DNA of 32,000 bases from Desulfotalea psychrophila LSv54 (GTDB lineage Bacteria; Desulfobacterota; Desulfobulbia; Desulfobulbales; Desulfocapsaceae): NCBI RefSeq assembly GCF_000025945.1, contig NC_006138.1, positions 1,590,001 to 1,622,000 on the forward strand. Direction: 5' to 3'. The notes below the pieces were generated by a model. It searched no databases and had not been told where the DNA came from. It was given only the letters and a program-made list of their open reading frames with translations. How positions within the stretch are numbered: the first letter of the stretch is position 1; every line of letters starts with the position of its first letter. A program made the position numbers and the translations under genes. This document shows positions 23,719 to 32,000 of this stretch, in pieces.

Positions 23719-25533
23719 TTGAGGTTCCTTTGCTGTTTTAGGACTTTTCTCCCTTTGATTTATCATATATTATCCTTGTACTGTCGAAATATATTCATAA
23801 CCTTGTTTTTTGTCCTGCTTTTTCAGGTAAATTCTTTTGCCGCATTGCCCCTTGAGGTTACGGTTGAGGGGGTTGAACCCGAATTGCGTGAGAATATCCT
23901 TGCGACCCTGAGGCTTTATGTCTACCGAGATAGCGAACGTATGCAGGAAAAAAACATCCTGGTTCTCTATAAGGAGTCAGATGATGATATTCGTGCCGCC
24001 CTTGGCCCCTTTGGTTACTATTCTCCTCGGATAGAGTCGGATTTGAAGAAGGTGGGCGATGTCTGGCACGCCACATATTCGGTGGATAAAGGGCGGCCCA
24101 TAACTGTTGGCAAGATGCATTTAGAGATTTTAGGTGAAGGCAACGAGGCACCCTACTTTGAAAAGTTGCTTGGCGAGAGGCCATTTGCCCCCGGTGATAT
24201 TCTCTTCCAACCCTTCTATACAAAATATAAGGCCAAGATGCTTCGTATTGCCTTTGCCGAAGGGTATCTTGAGGCAAAATTTATCGAGCACCGTCTCGAT
24301 ATTTATAAGAAAAGATATAAGGCTAATGTCCATCTTGTCCTTGAACTCGGGACGCGTTATCGCTTTGGTGAGCTGCACGCTGAGCAGGAGGTGATTACTC
24401 CAGAGCTGTTGAGGAAATATTTGCGCTATAAAAAGGGCGATCCCTATAGATCTGTCCAGCTCTTTGAGGCCCAGCAGTATCTCTATCGTTCCGGCTATTT
24501 TAAAAATGTTGTGGTCCGTGGTGATACTGACCAGATTGTAGGAGAGGAGGTCGCCGTAACCATCAAGGCAGAACCTCTTGATAAATTCAATAAATATGTG
24601 ATTGGCCTGGGCTATGCCTCGGATACGGGTATACGGGCAACCCTGGGCTGGTATAATCGTCTGCTCAATAAAAGTGGCCATCGCCTGCGGGCTGCCCTGC
24701 AGATAGGTGAAAGGGATAGCTCACTGCAGGCAAGCTATGAGATTCCTGTTTTTGATCCTCGTTATGAGAAGGTGGCGACTTCAGCGGCCTACCAAGATCA
24801 AAAGTGGGATAGTACCAAGAGCAAAATTTTGGCGGCAGGCCCTGCCTATATCTACTCTTCGGCCAAGTTAAAGTATAGCCTGGGAATTGAATACCGTAAT
24901 GAGGACTATAGCATTGGCAGTAGCCGTGGCAGAAGTGCACTGCTGGTGCCTACCTTTTCTGGAAGTTATCTCTTTGCCAGAAAGGATGCCCGGCAGACAA
25001 ATAGTCAATTAAAGCGAGGGGTCCTCTTCTCGGTAAATGTTCGGGGGGCAAGTGAAGCACTTGTCTCCGACGCCTCTTTTCTCCAGGTGCAGTTGGATAC
25101 CGTTGCTGCGGTAAGCCCCATCGACAAGTGGAGAATCATCGGCAGACTCACCCTTGGTGCCACCGAGGTGGATAGTATAAACGACCTTCCCCCCTCTCTG
25201 CGTTTTTATGCCGGTGGTGATATCTCGGTGCGCGGTTATGGTTATCGAACAATTGGTAGCCGGAACAGTGCTGGAGATGTAATTGGTGGTCGCTATACCA
25301 CGGTGGCTAGTCTTGAACTGGAGAGGAGTTTGTCTGAGTATCTGGCCGCCGCTGTTTTTTGGGATGTAGGCAGTGCAACCGTAGAGAAAGAGCCGGATTT
25401 TTATCAGGGTGCAGGCCTTGGCGGTCGTATTAATCTGCCCTTTGGTCAGGTTCGTCTTGATCTGGGCGTTCCCTTAACCGATGTTGATGGGTTTACCGTC
25501 CGCTTGCACTTTTCCATAACGGGTGAGTTTTGA
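23719..25533 (+). CDS. tamA: TamA-like Omp85/BamA-family outer-membrane protein (POTRA domains plus beta-barrel)
   Basis: About 600 aa with a signal-peptide-like N-terminus ending ...VLLFQVNSFA/ALPLEV, POTRA-like repeats, the barrel motif RFYAGGDISVRGYGY, and a C-terminal aromatic residue (...HFSITGEF). It overlaps the start of tamB. The start codon is uncertain (only TTG candidates at 23719, 23755, 23776). Confidence 0.8.
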   Translation: MRFLCCFRTFLPLIYHILSLYCRNIFITLFFVLLFQVNSFAALPLEVTVEGVEPELRENILATLRLYVYRDSERMQEKNILVLYKESDDDIRAALGPFGYYSPRIESDLKKVGDVWHATYSVDKGRPITVGKMHLEILGEGNEAPYFEKLLGERPFAPGDILFQPFYTKYKAKMLRIAFAEGYLEAKFIEHRLDIYKKRYKANVHLVLELGTRYRFGELHAEQEVITPELLRKYLRYKKGDPYRSVQLFEAQQYLYRSGYFKNVVVRGDTDQIVGEEVAVTIKAEPLDKFNKYVIGLGYASDTGIRATLGWYNRLLNKSGHRLRAALQIGERDSSLQASYEIPVFDPRYEKVATSAAYQDQKWDSTKSKILAAGPAYIYSSAKLKYSLGIEYRNEDYSIGSSRGRSALLVPTFSGSYLFARKDARQTNSQLKRGVLFSVNVRGASEALVSDASFLQVQLDTVAAVSPIDKWRIIGRLTLGATEVDSINDLPPSLRFYAGGDISVRGYGYRTIGSRNSAGDVIGGRYTTVASLELERSLSEYLAAAVFWDVGSATVEKEPDFYQGAGLGGRINLPFGQVRLDLGVPLTDVDGFTVRLHFSITGEF

Positions 25534-28500
25534 TGATGAAAAAAATATTACTTACCCTGCTCACTCTCTTTTTTTGTCTGCAGGCTTCCCTTGCCGTCCT
25601 CTTTTATAGCGAGGTCGGGACGAGGCTTGTCCAACAGCTCCTGGAAAAATATCCAAATGAAGCGATAAGTATCACCAGCATCGAGGGACGTCTGGGCAGT
25701 GATCTTACCATAAGAGATCTTCTGGTAAAGACTCCTCTTCTTGATATCAGTGCTGATGTTCTCCATCTGGCCCTGAATCCTGCCGGGGTAATTTTGGGCC
25801 ATCTCTCCGTCTCTGAGCTGAAGATTAAAGAGCTTAAATTTTTCTTTAAGGTGGGGGATGATCCTGAGCCAGAGGTCGTTTCCGATGAACCCTTTATTCT
25901 GTCCCTGCCGGAACAGCTTGTCCCTTTTGTGGGTATCTATCTTAAAAATCTGCAGATTGACGGGATCGGCTTCTATGCCCCAGATGGTGAAAGGGTGGAG
26001 TATCTTGATCGGGCCCTTCTCAGTGCCGATGTGGATGGAAAGAGAGTCACTATTCGCAATCTGCAGGTGGAGGATGAGGCCTATGCCGTAAAGCTCTCCG
26101 GTTCCGCCCGAACCGGTAAGGTCTGGCTTGCTGATATCAGTGGAGATTGGCGTTTTTCTAATTGGGATGGAGGTGAACTCTTAGGTACCCTGGCCGCTAA
26201 GGGGCCTCTGCCTGATATGGATGTTAAGGTTGTCCTGCTTGCCCCCACCCGGGTGGATATTGTCGGTAAGATGACCAAGTTGCCGGGCAACCCCTATTTT
26301 GAGGTGACGGGTAAGGGAGTAAAAACGGCCCTGCCCCTTATCCATCCCTCCTGCCCTGATATTCGTCTTGATGCTCAGGTAAAGGCCTGGGGCAATATTA
26401 ATGACTATTATGGAGTTTTAAAGAGTAAGGGTGAGTATTGGAAATTTAAGGGGATAAGCGGTGAGCTGGCCCTGCATGGCAATTTTGATAATATTCATTT
26501 TAAGGATGTCCTCTTTAAGCATGAGAAGACCGTCGTTGGCATAGAGGGTTGCTATCTGGATTGGGAGAACGCCTTTATGGTGGGTGGTCTTCTTAATATA
26601 AGAGGATTTAATCCCGGGGTGATAGATGAGCGATTTTCGGGGAGCCTGGATGGGGTTATTGATGGCAAGCTGACCTATGATGACGCCCTCTCTGCCTGGT
26701 ACAATCTTCAGAATGTGCGGGGAACGCTGCGGGGCTATCCGCTGACCGCCGGGGTTAAATTGCGCTTTACCGGAGACTCCCTTGATCTTGATAAGGTTTT
26801 TTTAAGCAGTGGTTCCTCTTATCTGGACTATCAGGGTCATTTTAAGGAGAAGATGGATATGTCGCTTCGCCTAAGATCCCTGACCCTTGCAACATTACTT
26901 CCCTTTGCCAGTGGCCTGGTGGATGCAGATCTCTCCTTAGCCGGTGATTATGCAACGCCTCTTCTGCGGGGCACTTTTTCCGGAAAAGACCTCCGCTTTT
27001 GGGACTATTATATTGGTGCCATGGATGGTCGGGTGGTCGATGCCTCTGCCCAGGGAAGGGCCCTTCAGCTTAAGGTGGAGGCCAGGGAGCTGCATGGATA
27101 TGGGGTAGATGCGGAGATCGGATCGGTAAATATGGTTGGCACCCCGGAAAAGCATAAGGGCACATTAACTCTGGGGCAGGGGGCAGATTCCCTGAAGATT
27201 CGTTTTGCCGGTGGCTTGAAGGATGCTGCTTGGCAGCTCGGGTTTTCCCGTTTTTCCCTCAGCCATAGGTATTTGGGCAATTGGCATCTTGCCGGTAAAC
27301 CATCCTTTTTATTGAGCAGTCAGGAGATTGCTCTGCAGGGTTTGGATCTTGTTAGTCAGGGGGCAAAATTTCATCTTGAAGGAGGCGCGGATTTCAGTGG
27401 GGAGGAGAATCCCTATAGCTTTTCTGCAGGCCTAAAGGATTATCCCTTAAGCCTATTAAATGATAAAGATATTGTCGACCCACTTCTTTCAGGAAAGGTT
27501 TCAGGAGAGTTGAGCTTGGCAGGCGATGGAGAAAAAATTACCTCGGCAAGGGTTGCCGGCCATCTCGGTGACTTCCGCTTTGCCCTGCCTAGTCTCTCGG
27601 GAAAAGAGAAACAGTACTCCAAGGTAGGGGCAGACCTGAGCGCAGACTTTGATGGCAAGGCGCTGGTTGCAAAGTTTGCAGCGCGGATTAATGAGGGCTT
27701 GGTGCAACTGGACTTAGGGGCTGACTGGAATGGCAATTTACAGGCGAATCTGGGCAGCATCGGGCTAAGCGGTAAGGGCACCATAAGAGCCCTTAGCCTT
27801 GAACCCTTAGGGATATTGACGGGATATCTGTTGGAGTCCGAGGGCGATATTGAAGGCGATTTGGCTCTCTCCGGGACCTTGGGCAAGCCGATCCTGCATA
27901 GCAAACTCGACCTTGTCTCGGGTAATATTCTCCTCCCCTCTCAGGGGGTTGAGCTTAAGGACGTCACCCTTTTGATTGAGAATCTTGAGGACCGTGGTCT
28001 TACCTTAGAGGCCAACCTCTCCTCGGGCGCAGGCCGAGCCCAGGCCACGGGTACTCTTCTTTGGCAGAATGATTTTGATCTGGCAGGTGAGATACAGATT
28101 AAGGGAAAGGATGTGCTTGTCCTCGATATGCCGGAGTATTTGGTTGTGCTTAGCCCGGACATTGACCTGAAATTTGATGGTAAGAGGATGGATATCAGTG
28201 GTAAGATTGCGATCCCTAAGGCGCGGATCATGCCCAATAATCTCTCTTCTGCCGTTTCTCAGTCAGATGATGTTGTCTTTCTTGATCTGAAAACGGGGGC
28301 GGTCGATAGGGCCTATAAACTGCAGACTGGTCTGGAGATTGAATTTGGTGAAGATGTCCGTTTTGAGCAATCCGGTCTGGTGGGAAAGTTGGCGGGTACC
28401 ATCTTTATCAGGGATGAATCCAGTAAACCGATGACCGCCACCGGTAAGCTTAACCTGGTCGATGGCAAATTTGCCGCCTATGGAAGAACGCTTGATATTG

Positions 28501-29045
28501 TCCGTGGTCAAATCCTCTTTACCGGTGGTTCGGTAACCAATCCCGGGGTGGATGTCCGGGCCCAGAAGGAGGTGTTTTTGCAAAAGGGCATTCGAGGCAG
28601 GTATATCCTGGGTATTGATATAACCGGCTCTGCCTCTGATCTCAGATATACTCTTTTTTCAAGCCCCTATATGGCCCAGGCTGATATTCTCTCCTATCTT
28701 CTGATGGGGCAGTCTCTTTTTTCCATCAGTGACAGCGAGGGTAATATCTTGGCCGATGCGGCGACAAAATTTGGCTGGAGTGATGGGGCCAATCTTATTC
28801 GTAGTATCGCTTCGGCACTTCCCATTGACACTGTTCATATGGAGACGGATTTTGAGGATTCCGATGTCTCTCTGGTTTTGGGGAAGAATCTGACCGATAC
28901 CCTCTATCTAGGCTATGATTACAATATTCTTGATCAGGTGGGTGAGGTGCATCTGCGCTATGACCTGGAAAATGGATTTTTTATTGATACCAAGGGGTCG
29001 TCCGAGGCAACGGGCGCCGATATACTGTATATTTTTGAAAGGTAA
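25533..29045 (+). CDS. tamB: TamB-like translocation and assembly module protein (DUF490/AsmA-like)
   Basis: About 1170 aa with an N-terminal signal anchor (MMKKILLTLLTLFFCLQASLAVLF), long beta-rich repetitive sequence, and a DUF490-like C-terminus (GKLNLVDGKFAAYGRTLDIVRGQILFTGGSVTNPGVDVRA...LGKNLTDTLYLGYDY). The ATG overlaps the tamA TGA (TGATG). Confidence 0.8.
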   Translation: MMKKILLTLLTLFFCLQASLAVLFYSEVGTRLVQQLLEKYPNEAISITSIEGRLGSDLTIRDLLVKTPLLDISADVLHLALNPAGVILGHLSVSELKIKELKFFFKVGDDPEPEVVSDEPFILSLPEQLVPFVGIYLKNLQIDGIGFYAPDGERVEYLDRALLSADVDGKRVTIRNLQVEDEAYAVKLSGSARTGKVWLADISGDWRFSNWDGGELLGTLAAKGPLPDMDVKVVLLAPTRVDIVGKMTKLPGNPYFEVTGKGVKTALPLIHPSCPDIRLDAQVKAWGNINDYYGVLKSKGEYWKFKGISGELALHGNFDNIHFKDVLFKHEKTVVGIEGCYLDWENAFMVGGLLNIRGFNPGVIDERFSGSLDGVIDGKLTYDDALSAWYNLQNVRGTLRGYPLTAGVKLRFTGDSLDLDKVFLSSGSSYLDYQGHFKEKMDMSLRLRSLTLATLLPFASGLVDADLSLAGDYATPLLRGTFSGKDLRFWDYYIGAMDGRVVDASAQGRALQLKVEARELHGYGVDAEIGSVNMVGTPEKHKGTLTLGQGADSLKIRFAGGLKDAAWQLGFSRFSLSHRYLGNWHLAGKPSFLLSSQEIALQGLDLVSQGAKFHLEGGADFSGEENPYSFSAGLKDYPLSLLNDKDIVDPLLSGKVSGELSLAGDGEKITSARVAGHLGDFRFALPSLSGKEKQYSKVGADLSADFDGKALVAKFAARINEGLVQLDLGADWNGNLQANLGSIGLSGKGTIRALSLEPLGILTGYLLESEGDIEGDLALSGTLGKPILHSKLDLVSGNILLPSQGVELKDVTLLIENLEDRGLTLEANLSSGAGRAQATGTLLWQNDFDLAGEIQIKGKDVLVLDMPEYLVVLSPDIDLKFDGKRMDISGKIAIPKARIMPNNLSSAVSQSDDVVFLDLKTGAVDRAYKLQTGLEIEFGEDVRFEQSGLVGKLAGTIFIRDESSKPMTATGKLNLVDGKFAAYGRTLDIVRGQILFTGGSVTNPGVDVRAQKEVFLQKGIRGRYILGIDITGSASDLRYTLFSSPYMAQADILSYLLMGQSLFSISDSEGNILADAATKFGWSDGANLIRSIASALPIDTVHMETDFEDSDVSLVLGKNLTDTLYLGYDYNILDQVGEVHLRYDLENGFFIDTKGSSEATGADILYIFER

Positions 29046-29064
29046 TTTGTAAGAGAGGGTGAAA

Positions 29065-30423
29065 ATGGATCTTGCTGGGCCAATGGTTTTAATTGTCGAT
29101 GATGATCAGGTGCATCGTTATATGCTCTCCTCCATGCTTGAGGAGTGGGGCTATCTTTCGGCTCAGGCAGATGATGGCGAAACGGCTGTTGCGGCGGTGA
29201 AAAAGCGGAAGTACGATGCGGTACTGATGGACGTGCGGATGGCCAGGATGGATGGATATCGGGCCTTCTCTATTATTCACGGCCTGGAGCCTGCCCTGCC
29301 CGTTATTATTATGACGGCCTACTCCTCCGTTGATCAGGCCGTGGCTGCCATTAAGGAGGGGGCCCACGATTATCTGACTAAGCCCCTTGACTTTGATCGT
29401 CTCCACATTGCCCTGAGGCGGGCCTTTGATCGGGGTCAGGTGAGTCATAGCCGAGAAAAGCAGGGGGAGGGGGGGCAAAAGTCTGGGCTGAAGACAGATA
29501 TTATTGCTTCTTCGGAGTCCATGGCTGAGCTTTTGGAGATGGTATCCTATGTGGCACCAACCGAGGCAACGGTGCTTATTCAGGGAGAATCGGGGACGGG
29601 CAAGGAGCTCGTGGCCGAAACCTTGCATTTTAACAGCCTGAGGGCTTCGGGCCCCTTTATTCGAGTAAACTGTGCGGCCCTTGCCGAAAATCTTTTGGAA
29701 TCCGAGCTCTTTGGCCACGAGAGAGGGGCCTTTACCGGTGCCGACAGGAGACGGGAGGGACGTTTTGTCCAGGCCGATGGTGGAACCCTCTTCCTCGATG
29801 AAATTGGTGAGACCTCCCAGGCTATGCAGGTAAAACTTCTCCGTGTCCTTCAGGAACAGGAATTTCAACGGGTGGGTGGCGAAGAGACCCTTCAGGTTGA
29901 TGTTCGCATCATTGCTGCCACCAATCGAAACCTGGAGGAGGAGGTGGCGGCGGGCAGGTTCCGTGAAGATCTCTACTATCGTCTCAACGTGGTGATGTTG
30001 GCTGTGCCGCCTCTGCGTGATCGACTTGGCGATGTGCCTCTGCTGGCCCGATACTTTGCCGAGAAGTTTGCTGGCAAAAATGGCAGGACCCTTAATGCCA
30101 TCACCCCCCTCTGTCTGGAGGTTTTACAGGTCTACCGCTGGCCGGGTAATGTCCGGGAGTTGGAGAATGCCATTGAGCGGGGAATTATCATGATGCGTGG
30201 CGATCAGCTCACCGAACAGACCCTGCCCCTCTCCCTGCAAAAACAGAAGGAGCAGACCCAGCATGCCAGAATGAGGGGCCGCTCACTCTTTGAGGCAGAG
30301 AAAATACTCATCGAGCAGACAATGCAGGAGACCGAGGGCAATAAGAGTGAGGCGTCCAGAAGGCTTGGCATCACCCGTAAGACCCTGCAGAACAAACTCA
30401 ATAAGTATTTGGCATCTCAGTAG
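29065..30423 (+). CDS. Sigma54-dependent response regulator (NtrC/AtoC family: REC, AAA+, Fis-type HTH)
   Basis: REC: VLIVDDD...AVLMDVRM...IIMTAY...DYLTKP. AAA+: GESGTGKE (Walker A), GAFTGA, TLFLDEIGE (Walker B), VRIIAATNR. C-terminal HTH: GNKSEASRRLGITRKTLQNKL. Confidence 0.92.
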   Translation: MDLAGPMVLIVDDDQVHRYMLSSMLEEWGYLSAQADDGETAVAAVKKRKYDAVLMDVRMARMDGYRAFSIIHGLEPALPVIIMTAYSSVDQAVAAIKEGAHDYLTKPLDFDRLHIALRRAFDRGQVSHSREKQGEGGQKSGLKTDIIASSESMAELLEMVSYVAPTEATVLIQGESGTGKELVAETLHFNSLRASGPFIRVNCAALAENLLESELFGHERGAFTGADRRREGRFVQADGGTLFLDEIGETSQAMQVKLLRVLQEQEFQRVGGEETLQVDVRIIAATNRNLEEEVAAGRFREDLYYRLNVVMLAVPPLRDRLGDVPLLARYFAEKFAGKNGRTLNAITPLCLEVLQVYRWPGNVRELENAIERGIIMMRGDQLTEQTLPLSLQKQKEQTQHARMRGRSLFEAEKILIEQTMQETEGNKSEASRRLGITRKTLQNKLNKYLASQ

Positions 30424-30494
30424 GCAGGGCAGGGGCCGGTGAGCTATGGGTTCTAGCCAGCTTGCCTTTAAGGAAAAAACAGTGGGGGGAAGAT

Positions 30495-31799
30495 ATGAGA
30501 ACTGATATTGTTCACATAGGTGCGGGTGAGCTCACCTATGAAATTAGAAATATTGTGGAGGTTGGTCAGCGTCTGCAACGACTTGGGGTGGAGGTCAATT
30601 GGGAAAATATCGGTGATCCCATCGCCAAGGGAGAGGAGGTTCCGTCCTGGATGAAGGCTCTTGTGGCCGAGGCCGTGCAGGATGATGCCAGCTATGGCTA
30701 CTCTCCCACCAAGGGTGTGCTGGCAACCCGTCGGTTTATCGCCGCAGAGACCAATAAGAAGGGTGCTGTTCAGATTAGCGCCGAGGATATTATCTTTTTT
30801 AATGGACTTGGTGATGCGATTTCAAAGATATTTGGTTTTCTCAAGCGCACTGCCCGGGTGCTGGTGCCGACCCCGAGCTATACCACTCACTCTTCGGCCG
30901 AGGCCGCCCATTCCGGTGATAAACCTCTGACCTATAAGCTTGACCCTCATAATGACTGGTATCCCGACATTGCCGATATAGAGCGGCGGGTGAAGTATAA
31001 TCCCATGGTGGCCGGAATTCTGATCATCAACCCCGATAATCCCACTGGTGCTGTTTATCCGGTGGAGATCCTTAGGGCCATTGTTGATATTGCCCGTCGC
31101 TATGACCTGTTTCTGATCTGTGACGAGGTCTATCAAAACATCATCTATAACGGTAAAAAAACGGCAAGCCTTGCCGAGGTTATCGGCGAGGTGCCCGGCT
31201 TTGCCATGCGCGGTGCCTCAAAGGAGATGCCCTGGCCGGGTGCCCGCTGTGGCTGGATAGAGGTCTATAATGCCGATCGCGATCCCATGTTTCAGCGCTA
31301 TATCGATTCGATCTTCAACGCCAAGATGCTTGAGGTCTGCTCGACCACCCTGCCCCAGATTGTCTACCCCAGGGTGGTAACCCATGCCGAATACCCTGGC
31401 TATCTGCAGAGTCGGATAGCGCGTTATCAGAGATTTTCCAAAATTGCCTACGATTGCTTAAAAGATATCGAAGGTATCCTGGTCAATCAGGCAAATGGCG
31501 CATTTTATATGAGTGTCTGTTTTGAGGACGGTGTTCTTAACAGCGGCCAGAGCCTGGCTATTGCCAGAGATGAGGTCCGGACCATGGTCGAAGATCTGGT
31601 CTTCTCTGCCGATACTGCCCTTGATAAGAGGTTTGTCTACTATCTGTTGGGCGCCACCGGTGTCTGTGTGGTCCCTCTGACCTCCTTTGCCTCGGATATC
31701 AACGGCTTTCGAGTGACCCTGCTTGAACGCGACGAGGCCGAGTTCATCCGTATTTTTACGGTCATAGCCGCCGCAATCAGAACCTATTTAAAAAGTTAG
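30495..31799 (+). CDS. Class I/II PLP-dependent aminotransferase
   Basis: 434 aa from MRTDIVHIG (GGGGGA SD) with GYSPTKG, ILIINPDNPTG, LICDEVYQ, and the probable PLP-lysine in GASKEMPWPGARCGW. Substrate specificity cannot be read from the sequence alone. Confidence 0.8.
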   Translation: MRTDIVHIGAGELTYEIRNIVEVGQRLQRLGVEVNWENIGDPIAKGEEVPSWMKALVAEAVQDDASYGYSPTKGVLATRRFIAAETNKKGAVQISAEDIIFFNGLGDAISKIFGFLKRTARVLVPTPSYTTHSSAEAAHSGDKPLTYKLDPHNDWYPDIADIERRVKYNPMVAGILIINPDNPTGAVYPVEILRAIVDIARRYDLFLICDEVYQNIIYNGKKTASLAEVIGEVPGFAMRGASKEMPWPGARCGWIEVYNADRDPMFQRYIDSIFNAKMLEVCSTTLPQIVYPRVVTHAEYPGYLQSRIARYQRFSKIAYDCLKDIEGILVNQANGAFYMSVCFEDGVLNSGQSLAIARDEVRTMVEDLVFSADTALDKRFVYYLLGATGVCVVPLTSFASDINGFRVTLLERDEAEFIRIFTVIAAAIRTYLKS

Positions 31800-32000
31800 A
31801 TGTTGGAGGGTGGATGGATAGGCAAAGGTTAAGCTGTGCGCAGAGTTTTGCCAGGAGCTACTCCTCACCTTGGCGAGGGGAGGATGGGTGGGGTGCGTGG
31901 CTTTTTCTTGATGTTGTTTTCTTTCAGCTCTTTTGCCTAAAACTTCCCCTCAAAGAGGTGGAGGTGACGTAGTACAGCATAATATTTAAAATTTCGGGTT

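Noticed and set aside
1-32000. Scan for CRISPR arrays, IS elements or transposases, integrases, prophage genes, toxin-antitoxin pairs, restriction-modification or other defence modules
   Set aside because: No regularly spaced direct repeats, no terminal inverted repeats enclosing a transposase-like ORF, and no unassigned ORF cluster were found. Every ORF over 100 aa that is not a shadow ORF has a housekeeping, transport or regulatory assignment.

Overview
This window looks like ordinary core chromosome of a diderm (Gram-negative) bacterium. The protein sequences resemble a deltaproteobacterial or sulfate-reducer lineage, but that is only a low-confidence impression. Gene order, left to right:
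- pheS (partial), rplT, rpmI, infC (ATT start) and thrS, all on the minus strand (the classic thrS-infC-rpmI-rplT-pheS cluster)
- tRNA-Val(GAC)
- ybaB, dnaX and a 4.5S-type SRP RNA (minus)
- an alanine-dehydrogenase homologue and an EamA/DMT transporter (minus)
- a divergent AapJQMP/BztABCD-type general amino-acid ABC transporter operon that ends in a tightly coupled MmgE/PrpD-family gene (plus)
- tadA and tRNA-Ser(GGA) with its promoter and terminator
- a pseudo-receiver/cNMP-binding/rhodanese protein and a DASS (SLC13) permease with TrkA-C domains (plus)
- pepF and an RlmD/RumA-type RNA methyltransferase (minus)
- tamA-tamB, a sigma54-dependent response regulator and a class I/II aminotransferase (plus)

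I found no CRISPR array, transposase, integrase, toxin-antitoxin pair or recognisable defence system. I cannot honestly point to a convincing new biological system here.

The observations most worth a second look:
1. dnaX is split by a 1-nt frame disruption inside domain III.
2. An A9 run in the dnaX linker has stops close by in both alternative frames, which makes it a candidate gamma-subunit recoding or slippage site.
3. A second 1-nt frame disruption appears at the 3' end of aapQ.
4. A ~60-bp terminator-like hairpin element is present as an inverted pair that exactly brackets the 3.4-kb pepF-rlmD block, which is oriented opposite to its neighbours.
5. A multidomain pseudo-REC/cNMP/rhodanese protein sits next to a DASS transporter.

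All coordinates and motifs were read by eye from the sequence. No database searches were run.
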